Of a stretch of 64,000 nucleotides of DNA, positions 47,385 to 55,707 are shown piece after piece. The first letter of the stretch is position 1. Every line of letters begins with the position of its first letter. Source of the stretch: Candidatus Woesearchaeota archaeon (GTDB lineage: Archaea > Nanobdellota > Nanobdellia > Woesearchaeales > GW2011-AR4); NCBI GenBank assembly GCA_016181305.1, contig JACOZN010000005.1:5323-69322 (forward strand). The letters run 5' to 3'. Under the pieces are notes generated by a model. That model ran no database searches, was not told where the DNA came from, and was given only the letters and a program-made list of their open reading frames with translations. The translations under genes and the position numbers were made by a program.

Positions 47385-47684
47385 ATGGTGACAAAAGACG
47401 AGGCAAAAAGATACCTGTGCGATGCAGCCCCTGAGCAGTGCTTTTGGATTAATAACGGCCCCATATTGAAAAACATGGAAGAGCTGGCAAATGCGCTGCC
47501 GGACATGGCAGAAGACACCTTCAGGCACCATGTAAACGATGAAAAGAACGACTTCAGCAGCTGGGTCAGGGATGTCATAGGCGACCAGAAGCTCGCAAAC
47601 GAGCTGGCAAGCGCGAAAAACAGGGACTCTGCCCTGAAAAAAATAAGGAACAGGCTTAATTCTTTGAGGAAGAAGGCTGGCTAG
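47385..47684 (+). CDS. DUF5752-like protein (tandem paralogue)
   Basis: FWINNG.ILKN.EELANAL..M.EDTFRHHVN..KNDFSSWVRDV.GD..LA. Confidence 0.75.
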   Translation: MVTKDEAKRYLCDAAPEQCFWINNGPILKNMEELANALPDMAEDTFRHHVNDEKNDFSSWVRDVIGDQKLANELASAKNRDSALKKIRNRLNSLRKKAG

Positions 47685-47781
47685 GGTTTTTACTCGTTAT
47701 TTTCCGATACCTTTAAATACTACCCTCGGATATCCAGCCGAGCTAATGCGCTTGGCAACAACAAGGTTTCTGAGGTAAAAA

Positions 47782-47895
47782 ATGGAAGGTGAAGAGCAAA
47801 GGGAATGCCCGAGTTGCGGCACCATACTTGAGGAAGGCGAGCTTGAGTGCCCCTCATGCGGGGAAAACTTTGTTGATGATGACGAGCCGCTTTAA
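47782..47895 (+). CDS. Zinc-ribbon microprotein (37 aa)
   Basis: MEGEEQRECPSCGTILEEGELECPSCGENFVDDDEPL*; SD GAGGT; TATA at about 47712. Confidence 0.8.
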   Translation: MEGEEQRECPSCGTILEEGELECPSCGENFVDDDEPL

Positions 47896-47918
47896 AGCAC
47901 TTTCATGGGGTGAGCCAA

Positions 47919-47993
47919 ATGAGGACATTTTACAGCAGATGGGATGAAGAAGACGGCGATGACGACAATGATTCTAACGATTCAGATTACTAG
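47919..47993 (+). CDS. Putative acidic micropeptide (24 aa)
   Basis: [24 protein letters not shown], preceded by SD GGGGTGA; stop 5 bp before rpo6. Confidence 0.5.
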   Translation: MRTFYSRWDEEDGDDDNDSNDSDY

Positions 47994-47998
47994 CAAGC

Positions 47999-48259
47999 AT
48001 GTCGAGTGAAATGGAAGAATACACAAAATACGAGCAGGCACGGATTATCGGAGCAAGGGCGCTGCAGATTTCTATGGGAGCTCCATTTTTGGTTAAGCTG
48101 GATGATGAAGACCTGAAGAAAATGGGCTATAACCCGATTGAGGTGGCAAAGCTTGAGTTCAGGCAGGGGCTTATACCTATAAGGGTCAAGAGGCCGCTGC
48201 CGGGCACGATAAAAAGGGATTCCTCTGCAAAGCCGTTTGACCAGACAAAGCTGGAGTAA
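47999..48259 (+). CDS. rpo6: RNA polymerase subunit Rpo6 (RpoK)
   Basis: [21 protein letters not shown] motif. Confidence 0.97.
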   Translation: MSSEMEEYTKYEQARIIGARALQISMGAPFLVKLDDEDLKKMGYNPIEVAKLEFRQGLIPIRVKRPLPGTIKRDSSAKPFDQTKLE

Positions 48260-48263
48260 TTTT

Positions 48264-48512
48264 ATGGGAAGAATAAAAACGCTGCTTTCTAAGAGAATCG
48301 CAAAAAAGCTTGTTAAGGAGCACGGCAGTGAATTCACTTCTGAGTTCAGCAAGAACAAGGCTCTTGTTGAAAAGTACACAAACGTTGCCTCTTCAAAATT
48401 GAGGAATATCATTGCAGGCTACACAGCAAGGCTTGTAAAGCAAAAAACCATTCTTGAAAACCAGCCCAGAAGAAGGGTTCACGAAGAGGACCTGAGCAAG
48501 TATTATGAGTGA
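48264..48512 (+). CDS. rps17e: 30S ribosomal protein eS17
   Basis: MGRIKT...KR and KLRNIIAGY motifs. Confidence 0.96.
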   Translation: MGRIKTLLSKRIAKKLVKEHGSEFTSEFSKNKALVEKYTNVASSKLRNIIAGYTARLVKQKTILENQPRRRVHEEDLSKYYE

Positions 48513-48516
48513 TTGG

Positions 48517-48999
48517 TTATTTCCTGAATTTCTCTCTCAGTCTTTTCTCAACAATTGCAGGCACAAATCCATTCACCGAGCCGTTGAACATTGCGATTTC
48601 CTTCACAATGCTCGAGCTTAGGAATGCATAGTCATCCTTTGTCATCAGGAAAATTGTCTCAATGTCCTTCGCAAACTCCCTGTTGAACTGGGCTCTCTGG
48701 AACTCAAACTCAAAATCTGAAATCGCGCGCAGGCCCCTTATTATGACATTGGATTTTTTCTTCTTCACATAGTCCAGAAGCAGGCCGTTGAAGTGCTCAA
48801 TCTCTATCCTGCTGTTGTACATTTTCAATGACTCCTTCAGCATTTCAACCCTTTCATCAGGGGAGAAGGTTGCTGTTTTCTGCGGGTTTTCCCCCACAAG
48901 AATATACAGCTTGTCAAACAGCTTCAAAGCCCTCTCAATAATGTCAATGTGCCCGTTGGTTACGGGATCAAATGCGCCGGGATAAACTGCGGTTTTCAT
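48517..48999 (-). CDS. coaD: Phosphopantetheine adenylyltransferase, bacterial type
   Basis: YPGAFDPVTNGH, IRGLRAISDFEFE and SSSIVKE motifs. Confidence 0.96.
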   Translation of the reverse strand: MKTAVYPGAFDPVTNGHIDIIERALKLFDKLYILVGENPQKTATFSPDERVEMLKESLKMYNSRIEIEHFNGLLLDYVKKKKSNVIIRGLRAISDFEFEFQRAQFNREFAKDIETIFLMTKDDYAFLSSSIVKEIAMFNGSVNGFVPAIVEKRLREKFRK

Positions 49000-49004
49000 G
49001 ATTT

Positions 49005-49595
49005 TTAACTCAATTCCGTGATGATTTTTTCGACTTGCCTTTCCAGATGCCCCAAGCCCTTGTTGTTGTCAACCACAAAATCAGCATATTTCAGCTTTTC
49101 ATTTAGCGGCATCTGCGCCTTTAAAATCTTTTCTATTTGCAGCCTTGTGAATCTTTTGTTTCTTTTCAGGATGTTTTCCCTGCTGCATTTTACAACAATG
49201 ACTTTGTCAACCAGATTTTTTGCCTTTGTCTCAAGCAATAAGGGCGCATCAATAATTATTTTTGCATTTTTGCCGCATTTTTTCTGGACTTGCTTAATCT
49301 GATTTTTAATTTCTTCAATAATCGGGGAATGCATGATTGAATCCAGTTTTTTTAATTTATTTTTATCTCTGAATACTGCATTGCCTAATTTTTGCCTGGC
49401 AATATTCTTGTTTTTATCTAAAATGCGGCTTCCAAAATTCCTAACAAGCTCTTTTTGGATTCTTTTGTCTTTTTTCAGTATTTCATGCCCTATCCCGTCG
49501 GCATCAATCCTGCTGTAATGATGCCTGCTGAAAAGTTCTGCAACTGCAGTTTTCCCCGAGCCGACCGAGCCTGTGACGCCTATGATCATATTCAC
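49005..49595 (-). CDS. coaE: Dephospho-CoA kinase, bacterial type
   Basis: IGVTGSVGSGKT, IDAD, DAPLLLE and ADFVVDN motifs. Confidence 0.93.
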   Translation of the reverse strand: MNMIIGVTGSVGSGKTAVAELFSRHHYSRIDADGIGHEILKKDKRIQKELVRNFGSRILDKNKNIARQKLGNAVFRDKNKLKKLDSIMHSPIIEEIKNQIKQVQKKCGKNAKIIIDAPLLLETKAKNLVDKVIVVKCSRENILKRNKRFTRLQIEKILKAQMPLNEKLKYADFVVDNNKGLGHLERQVEKIITELS

Positions 49596-50374
49596 AACAA
49601 GTTTGCAAGCTTCTTTATATCCTTATTGGCAACGTGAGTGTAAATCTGGGTAGTCTGCAGGCTTGAATGCCCGAGCAGTTTCTGGATGTGCCTTATGTCC
49701 GCGCCTGCCTCCAAAAGATGGGTGGCAAAGCTGTGCCTCAAGGTGTGGGGTGTTATTTTCTTTCCGATTCCAGCCCTTTCTGCTGCATTTTTAACAATCA
49801 TCTGGATTGTCCTTTTATCATACTTTTTCCCCAGGTTTGACATGAAGGCAAAGCTTTCTTTTTTAATGCCCAGGTATTCAATGAAATCCTTTAGCTTGCC
49901 ATGCAGGAAGATTATTCGTTCCTTCCCGCCTTTTGCTATCTTAAGGTGAATAACATCCCTTTGAAAGTCAATGTCTTCCCATTTCAGGCTCACTATCTCG
50001 TTAAGCCTTATGCCCGTGTAATATAGAAACATCAGGACTAACCTATGCTTTAGGTTTAATGTTGCCTGAAGCATCTTGCTTATTTCCTCTTTGCTCAGGA
50101 CTACTGGAAGCTTGCCTTTGTTTTTTGCAAGAGGTATTGTCTCATCGAACTTCTGCCTCAAAACATTCTCGTAAAAGAATTTCAGCGCGAAATACACGCT
50201 CCTTATGCTGGAGCGGCTTTTATCGGCATACCCAAGCAAAAACTCCCTCGGCTGAAGCCCAGACTCAATGAACTTCCTTATTATCAATGCATAAGCCTTT
50301 TCAGTCTGCCTTGAGTGCTTCCTCAGCCTCAGCTCTTCAGACAGCTTATTAAGGTAAACATGCGCATCTTCCAT
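49592..50374 (-). CDS. Xer-like tyrosine recombinase
   Basis: Catalytic R (TGIR), K (AKGGK), HTLRHS, LGH and Y (TTQIYTHV). 260 aa, without the IntI-specific insertion. Confidence 0.95.
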   Translation of the reverse strand: MEDAHVYLNKLSEELRLRKHSRQTEKAYALIIRKFIESGLQPREFLLGYADKSRSSIRSVYFALKFFYENVLRQKFDETIPLAKNKGKLPVVLSKEEISKMLQATLNLKHRLVLMFLYYTGIRLNEIVSLKWEDIDFQRDVIHLKIAKGGKERIIFLHGKLKDFIEYLGIKKESFAFMSNLGKKYDKRTIQMIVKNAAERAGIGKKITPHTLRHSFATHLLEAGADIRHIQKLLGHSSLQTTQIYTHVANKDIKKLANLL

Positions 50375-50396
50375 AAAGCTAATGAATAACTATAAG

Positions 50397-50412
50397 TATA
50401 TAAAAACTTCGC
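50397..50412 (-). promoter_or_regulatory. BRE-TATA promoter of the recombinase
   Basis: Minus strand GCGAAG-TTTTTATATA about 23 bp before ATG 50374. Confidence 0.65.
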
Positions 50413-50423
50413 TTTAACATATC

Positions 50424-50468
50424 TAACACCTATTAAACAGCAATTAAAACTGCGTTTAATAGTTGTTA
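50424..50468. repeat. Imperfect palindrome, candidate recombination (att/dif-like) site
   Basis: TAACA-C-CTATTAAAC-A-GCA-loop-TGC-GTTTAATAG-T-TGTTA; each arm is TAA-N6-TTA. Confidence 0.65.
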
Positions 50469-50599
50469 AAATCAATTATTACTCGGGGCACACGACGAAA
50501 CGGAGGGGGCACACTCACTACGTTGATACGAACTTTATACATTTATTAGGAGAAATTGAGGCGAAAAGTTTATATATCTGTTGTATATACACTGGCTAT

Positions 50600-50860
50600 A
50601 TGACAACCGAAATGATTACTCTAAAGCTTGATGATATGTTCTTGAAAGAGATAGACTCTATTGTGGAGAAACAGGGTTATCATAACAGGACAGAATTTAT
50701 CAGAAATGCACTTAGAGAGAAAGTAGAAGATACAAAAATAAAGGATGCAATGATACAAATTGCCCACTTGAAGGGCGCTTCCAAGAAGAAAACAAGTGAT
50801 GCAGACCTTGAGAAGATTAGGGAAAAAGTTTTCAATGAATTAGACAAAAAAGTTAGATAA
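50600..50860 (+). CDS. Ribbon-helix-helix (CopG/NikR-like) protein, putative antitoxin
   Basis: ITLKLD..FL.EID.IV...GY.NRTEFIRNALREK pattern. Confidence 0.9.
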   Translation: MTTEMITLKLDDMFLKEIDSIVEKQGYHNRTEFIRNALREKVEDTKIKDAMIQIAHLKGASKKKTSDADLEKIREKVFNELDKKVR

Positions 50861-51269
50861 GATCTTCTGGTTTGTGATGTTTTGATACATCTTCCAGCTT
50901 TCTGAAATGTCTGTCTCTTGTTACAAGGATTAAGTCGTTGTCTCTTGCTATTATAACGTGCAAAGCATCTCCAGCAGGAACATCTCTTTCCTTTGCAATT
51001 TTTTTGGCTTCTTCTCGCTGTTTTTCTGTAGCAATAATCTTTTTTATAATTTTTTCAAAAGGCTTAAACATTCCATTGATTTCTGCAACTGAATAAAGTG
51101 TCTCAAGTTCTTTTATAAGAAAATCGGTAAGCACAATAGCACTTTCTTTTGCTTTTATTTTGACAAGCAGCTTAAAGGCGTAATCGCCTAGTGGCTCATT
51201 GTTATAGCCTTTCCTATCTTCATAAAGATCAACCCAAATTGAAGTGTCTATTATGTATTCTTCTGCCAT
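50853..51269 (-). CDS. PIN domain (VapC-like) toxin
   Basis: YIIDTS.W, IKEL, GDALH and LVTRDRHF motifs; start at MAEEYII. Confidence 0.9.
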   Translation of the reverse strand: MAEEYIIDTSIWVDLYEDRKGYNNEPLGDYAFKLLVKIKAKESAIVLTDFLIKELETLYSVAEINGMFKPFEKIIKKIIATEKQREEAKKIAKERDVPAGDALHVIIARDNDLILVTRDRHFRKLEDVSKHHKPEDLI

Positions 51270-51390
51270 AGTAAGCAAGTGATTGTATGGGTATTTATAA
51301 TTTACTAGTTCTTTGACGTGAAAAACCATAGCAAAGTTTTTATATGTACATTTAGGTTTTCGTATATGGGGTTGGTAAATAAAGCTCAAA

Positions 51391-53733
51391 ATGGTTAAAG
51401 GCTATTGTAAGTATTGTTTGTCTGGAAAAAAGGAAGAAGTAGAACAATGTCCCCATTGTCAAAAACATTTTTGTAGTGAGCATATTACTCCAATAGAGCC
51501 TGGTTCTTATCGTCCAGAAAAATCTCGCATATTTATTAATCAAATAAGACTAGGTCATGAAAATACTCATCCATGTCCTGATTATGTTGATTACTTAGAA
51601 GAACAAAAAACAATTCACGGCAAAAAATATGGAGAAGCATTAGACAAATTATTAGGTAGTACTCCAAAGTATAAACTTCCTTTATCGGAAAGACAAGAAA
51701 TAAGGGATACAAGGCATAATATTGCTAAAGAAAATGAAGAATTTAATAAAAGTGTTAATGCTAAGCTTGAGGTGGATATTCAAAGAAGAAAAGAGGATAA
51801 AATTAAACGTAAAGAACTAGAAAAAGAGAAACATAGACAAGAGATTGAAGAAAAGGAGAGACTTAGTAGGGAGATAGAGGAAAAACAAAAAAAGCATTTG
51901 AAAAAACAAGAAAAAGATGAGCCTTACCTTTACAGGTATATTTCGCCAGAAGAGAGAAAATCCAATCAACCACCAAAAGTACCTGAAAAATATAAAAAAG
52001 AGCATGTAGGGACAGCACACCATCATCATGAAACACCCAAGGAAGAAACTGCAAAAGAAAAATATTATAAAAAAGAAGAATCTGGCATTTTTTCAAAGTT
52101 AAAAATTAATAGAAAGAATTTTTATGTGGTTGGCACAATAATTTTATTATTACTTGTCGGATTATTCTATGGGACCTCAGCCAAAACTATAATTCAAGAA
52201 ATCAAGAATGTATCCAATACAAAAACTATAAGCTCTTACGAAAATATCTCAAATAAAATCTCATTTTCTAACTATCTTAATGATATTTATGCATTTGATA
52301 AACAAGAAGTTACATTAAATGGTTTTCTTGAAAGAAGCGTTGAAGGAGATGGCAATGCTGGAGTTCATGTATTTTCAATTGTAGATGACTACAACAATAG
52401 AGTTGTATTGGAATGGTCTTATAATAACTTAAAAAAATATTTACCAGATTTGGGAAAAACAAAAGAATTGTATTCTGTTCAAGGAATTTTTAAGAGAGAA
52501 TACAAGACTTTAAAATTAAATGTCGAAAACATAAATATCTATAAAAGAGAACCAGCTAAACAAGTAGAAGTAAACAATATAGTAAGCTATACTGAGCAAA
52601 TTACTATAAACAGAACAAGTCCAAAGTATCCTTTGGTTAGAAATTTGGTTTTTAAACTCATAGGTAAAGAAATTATTTGCGAGGATGGTACAAAAATTGA
52701 TTCTTGTTCTAATGAAAAACCACTATACTGCTCTATTAATGGACTAAAAGAAGAACCAGCAAAGTGTGGATGTCCTTCAGGCAAAAGATTGTACCAAAAT
52801 CAATGCATAAATGAAGTCAAATGCTCAGATGGAACTTATGAGCCAGAATGTTCAAAAAATAAACCAAAACAATGCGTGAATGGGAAACTTGTTGACAATC
52901 CAGAAGTATGTAACTGTCCAGAAAACTATAAAGTAAAAGATAAAAAATGTGTTTATATCAGATGTTCTGATGGAACTATCGAGCCAGATTGTTCTGCAAA
53001 AATGAAGATGCAATGTATGGAAGGCAATTTTATTTATAATCCAAATAAATGTGGTTGCCCAGATGGTTATGTCAAAAGAGGAAATAATTGTGTAAAAACT
53101 TGCAGCGATGGAACTGCGTATGACGAATGCTCTGATGATATGCCTCTTTATTGTGATAATGATGCATTAATAAACAAAGCGTCAATTTGTGGTTGCCCTT
53201 CTGGTTCTGGCTCAAAATATAAACAATCAGGAGAACTATGTTTAGATTTGTCAAATCCAGATATAGAGTATATAGAAGAAAAAGTTCATGAACTAATAAA
53301 CCTACAAAGGCAAACAAATGGACTGTCAAAATTATCCTATGACACAAAACTTGTACAAATTGCAAGAGCCCATAGCCAAGATATGGCTACAAATGACTTC
53401 TTTTCCCACGACAATTTACGTGGGGAAGACCCAACCGATAGAGCAAGTAAAGTAGGCTATAATTGCAGAAAAGATTATGGTTCATATTATACAAACGGTA
53501 TTGCAGAAAATATTCACCAAGGTTGGACATATGGAACAACATGGTATACAAATGGTGTTGAATCTAGTAAGGAGTGGTTAATGCCTGACGAAATATCAGA
53601 AAGTGCTGTTACTGGATGGATGAACAGCCCAGGTCATCGCAAAAATATACTAACAAACACGTATGATAAAGAGGGAATAGGCGTAGCAGTAGCATCAAAT
53701 GGTGCTGTTTACATTACGCAAGATTTTTGTTAA
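51391..53733 (+). CDS. Multidomain membrane protein: AN1-like Zn finger, charged helix, TM, Cys-rich repeats, CAP/SCP domain
   Basis: CKYC..CPHC..FC.EH....H.C, then a TM and four C(S/E)DGT repeats. The C-terminus has ARAHSQDM, AENI, WMNSPGHRKNIL and TQDF. Confidence 0.9.
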   Translation: MVKGYCKYCLSGKKEEVEQCPHCQKHFCSEHITPIEPGSYRPEKSRIFINQIRLGHENTHPCPDYVDYLEEQKTIHGKKYGEALDKLLGSTPKYKLPLSERQEIRDTRHNIAKENEEFNKSVNAKLEVDIQRRKEDKIKRKELEKEKHRQEIEEKERLSREIEEKQKKHLKKQEKDEPYLYRYISPEERKSNQPPKVPEKYKKEHVGTAHHHHETPKEETAKEKYYKKEESGIFSKLKINRKNFYVVGTIILLLLVGLFYGTSAKTIIQEIKNVSNTKTISSYENISNKISFSNYLNDIYAFDKQEVTLNGFLERSVEGDGNAGVHVFSIVDDYNNRVVLEWSYNNLKKYLPDLGKTKELYSVQGIFKREYKTLKLNVENINIYKREPAKQVEVNNIVSYTEQITINRTSPKYPLVRNLVFKLIGKEIICEDGTKIDSCSNEKPLYCSINGLKEEPAKCGCPSGKRLYQNQCINEVKCSDGTYEPECSKNKPKQCVNGKLVDNPEVCNCPENYKVKDKKCVYIRCSDGTIEPDCSAKMKMQCMEGNFIYNPNKCGCPDGYVKRGNNCVKTCSDGTAYDECSDDMPLYCDNDALINKASICGCPSGSGSKYKQSGELCLDLSNPDIEYIEEKVHELINLQRQTNGLSKLSYDTKLVQIARAHSQDMATNDFFSHDNLRGEDPTDRASKVGYNCRKDYGSYYTNGIAENIHQGWTYGTTWYTNGVESSKEWLMPDEISESAVTGWMNSPGHRKNILTNTYDKEGIGVAVASNGAVYITQDFC

Positions 53734-53891
53734 TATTAAAATTTATCACCCGATTACTACTACTTTTAACTTGAGTGTGCCCCTTAATTCTCATCCTTGA
53801 CGTATCGCTGTCGCTCATTTGATTGGACGAACGAGTGTCCCGAGTAATAACTTTTCGGGCGAAATTTTACCCCACTTCGTAGGGTAAAAGA

Positions 53892-54067
53892 GATTAACAA
53901 GAATTAGGCGGTTCGCAGGGTCGCTTACGCTAAAACGCCAAGCGTTTTCCCCTGCTCTCCCAAATTTTTGCCAGCTCTGAAAAATTCTCCATCTCTGAAG
54001 TTTGTGGGTTGCCTCAAACTTCGAGGGGAATTTTTCGAGGGCAAAAACTTCGCCTAATAAGTTAGTT
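53892..54067. repeat. Long structured palindrome at the right border of the cargo
   Basis: GATTAAC..ATTAGGCG ... CGCCTAAT..GTTAGTT enclose stems TTTTTGCC/GGCAAAAA, GAAAAATTCTCC/GGGGAATTTTTC and GAAGTTTG/CAAACTTC. Confidence 0.75.
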
Positions 54068-54112
54068 TCAATAATTTTTAGTGGCTAAACGACTGATAGG
54101 GGGACATTCCGC

Positions 54113-55174
54113 TCATTCCACAATATTCCCGGTGTGGCTTTCAACTGCAGGCAATTGCGGAGGCACGACTTTTCCATAGAACACACGCACCGTTTTATCA
54201 TTTATCTTTAAGACAGAGGGGTCATATACATTATCTTCCTGAAAAACAGGCATTGGCTCGCCGAAATCAAGCCCGTCAGATGATTCCACATAATAGATTC
54301 CTTTGGGAACTTTAGCAAATCCTTCATCTATAGAGGCTGCAAAAAGCACGTATTTATCGGCGATTCTGGCCAATGCTGGATCAACGAGATTTGGAACCCT
54401 GATTCCTGCTTCTTTTGCAAAATTAAGCCCATCAGAGGATACAGCTGATCCGATCCCGTGCTGCATTCCTGATGCCGTCACATAGTATATCCTTACTCGG
54501 CCGTCCGGAAGCATTATGGCATCTGGAACAGAAGCCCAGCCATTGTCGCCGTTAGTCTCTGAATCTATCCTAAGCCCCTCTTTTTCGAAAGTCAAGCCAT
54601 CTGAAGATACTGCAGAATAAATTTTGTGTATAGACTGTCCGGGCCCGGGGTTCTGGCTATTCGCGCCCTTGTAGTACATCCTAATTTTTCCGCCCGGAAG
54701 ATTTACGATAGTCGGATCGCAGACGATGAATTCAAATCCTGCTCCTGGGGAGATTCTTATGCCCTGCTCTTTTGCAAAAGTCAGTCCGTCATTGGAAATC
54801 GCAGACAATATCCCTTTGATGTTGCAGTAGTACAGGCGAACTTTTCCATCCTTCAAGCCATGCACAAAAGGAACAGACCCGTCTGCAATTCTTGAGCCGC
54901 CGTCTTTCTCCCAGGAAAAAGACAATGCTTCTGCAGCCGGTTCTGTCGGCATATTGTTAATTTCAGGGATTAAATCCTGGGGTGTTTCAGAAACGGATTC
55001 CGGTTCAGCCTCGGAGTTTGACGGGAAACCTTGCTGCAAACCTCCGGCAACCCCGGCTTCCCCATCCCGCTCAGCTTCCTCCTGCGCTTCTTTGAAATCG
55101 GCAGACTCCTGAGCAGCGCAGCCAGAAATAATAATAGCAAAAACCAGCATAAACAACACAGCCTCTTTTTTCAT
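54113..55174 (-). CDS. Lipoprotein with beta-propeller glycoside hydrolase-like (Asp-box) domain
   Basis: Lipobox-like IISGC, acidic linker, and repeated DP....R.YY...SA.S.DGL.F blades. Confidence 0.8.
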   Translation of the reverse strand: MKKEAVLFMLVFAIIISGCAAQESADFKEAQEEAERDGEAGVAGGLQQGFPSNSEAEPESVSETPQDLIPEINNMPTEPAAEALSFSWEKDGGSRIADGSVPFVHGLKDGKVRLYYCNIKGILSAISNDGLTFAKEQGIRISPGAGFEFIVCDPTIVNLPGGKIRMYYKGANSQNPGPGQSIHKIYSAVSSDGLTFEKEGLRIDSETNGDNGWASVPDAIMLPDGRVRIYYVTASGMQHGIGSAVSSDGLNFAKEAGIRVPNLVDPALARIADKYVLFAASIDEGFAKVPKGIYYVESSDGLDFGEPMPVFQEDNVYDPSVLKINDKTVRVFYGKVVPPQLPAVESHTGNIVE

Positions 55175-55248
55175 TATTCTGGCACCCCATTATGTTATAT
55201 TTAAATCTTTTCAAAATCTTTATAAACCCCAATACTTATACCGCATCT

Positions 55249-55707
55249 ATGGCAAAACAGATTTTTGTGAATTTGCCGGTAAAGGACCTAGACAAAACAA
55301 TAGAATTCTTTACTAAACTGGGCTTCGATTTCAACCCCAAATTCACAGATAAAAACGCAACATGCATGATTATCGGCGAAAACATATTCGCAATGCTGTT
55401 AGTTGAAAAATTTTTCAGGACATTTATCCCCAACAAGGGAATTTCTGACGCTAAAAAAAGCACAGAAGTGCTTGTTGCACTGGCAGTTGAAAGCAGGGCA
55501 AAAGTTGACGGGATGGTAAATAAGGCAATAGAAGCCGGCGGCAAAGAATACAGGACAGCGCAAGACCATGGATGGATGTACGGGCGGGCTTTCGAGGATT
55601 TGGACGGGCATGTCTGGGAAGTGTTTTACATGGATGAAAGCAAAATGCCGGAAGAGATGAAAAGTAAAGACAATAAAAATGAACAAGAAGAATTCAATAA
55701 CGCTTAA
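55249..55707 (+). CDS. VOC/glyoxalase family protein
   Basis: IFVNLPVKDL...FF..LGF and MYGRAFEDLDGHVWE motifs. Confidence 0.93.
   Translation: MAKQIFVNLPVKDLDKTIEFFTKLGFDFNPKFTDKNATCMIIGENIFAMLLVEKFFRTFIPNKGISDAKKSTEVLVALAVESRAKVDGMVNKAIEAGGKEYRTAQDHGWMYGRAFEDLDGHVWEVFYMDESKMPEEMKSKDNKNEQEEFNNA

Larger units (their letters stand above)
50476..53850. mobile_element. 3.4-kb A/T-rich cargo bounded by inverted repeats
   Basis: TTATTACTCGGGGCACACG (50476-50494) versus the inverted TTATTACTCGGGACACTCG (53832-53850), 17/19 identical. A second motif GGGGCACACTCA is at 50506-50517 and inverted at 53772-53783. Confidence 0.7.

Noticed and set aside
47919-48259. Stop-codon readthrough fusing the acidic peptide to Rpo6
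   Set aside because: The two ATGs are 80 nt apart, so they are not in frame.
49592-50374. Bona fide integron integrase IntI
   Set aside because: It lacks the IntI-specific insertion before the HxLRH box, and the nearby sites deviate from RYYYAAC/GTTRRRY and from attC spacing.
50402-54058. AAAAACTTCGC direct repeat as attL/attR
   Set aside because: The left copy is the reverse complement of the recombinase BRE-TATA promoter, so the match may be coincidental.
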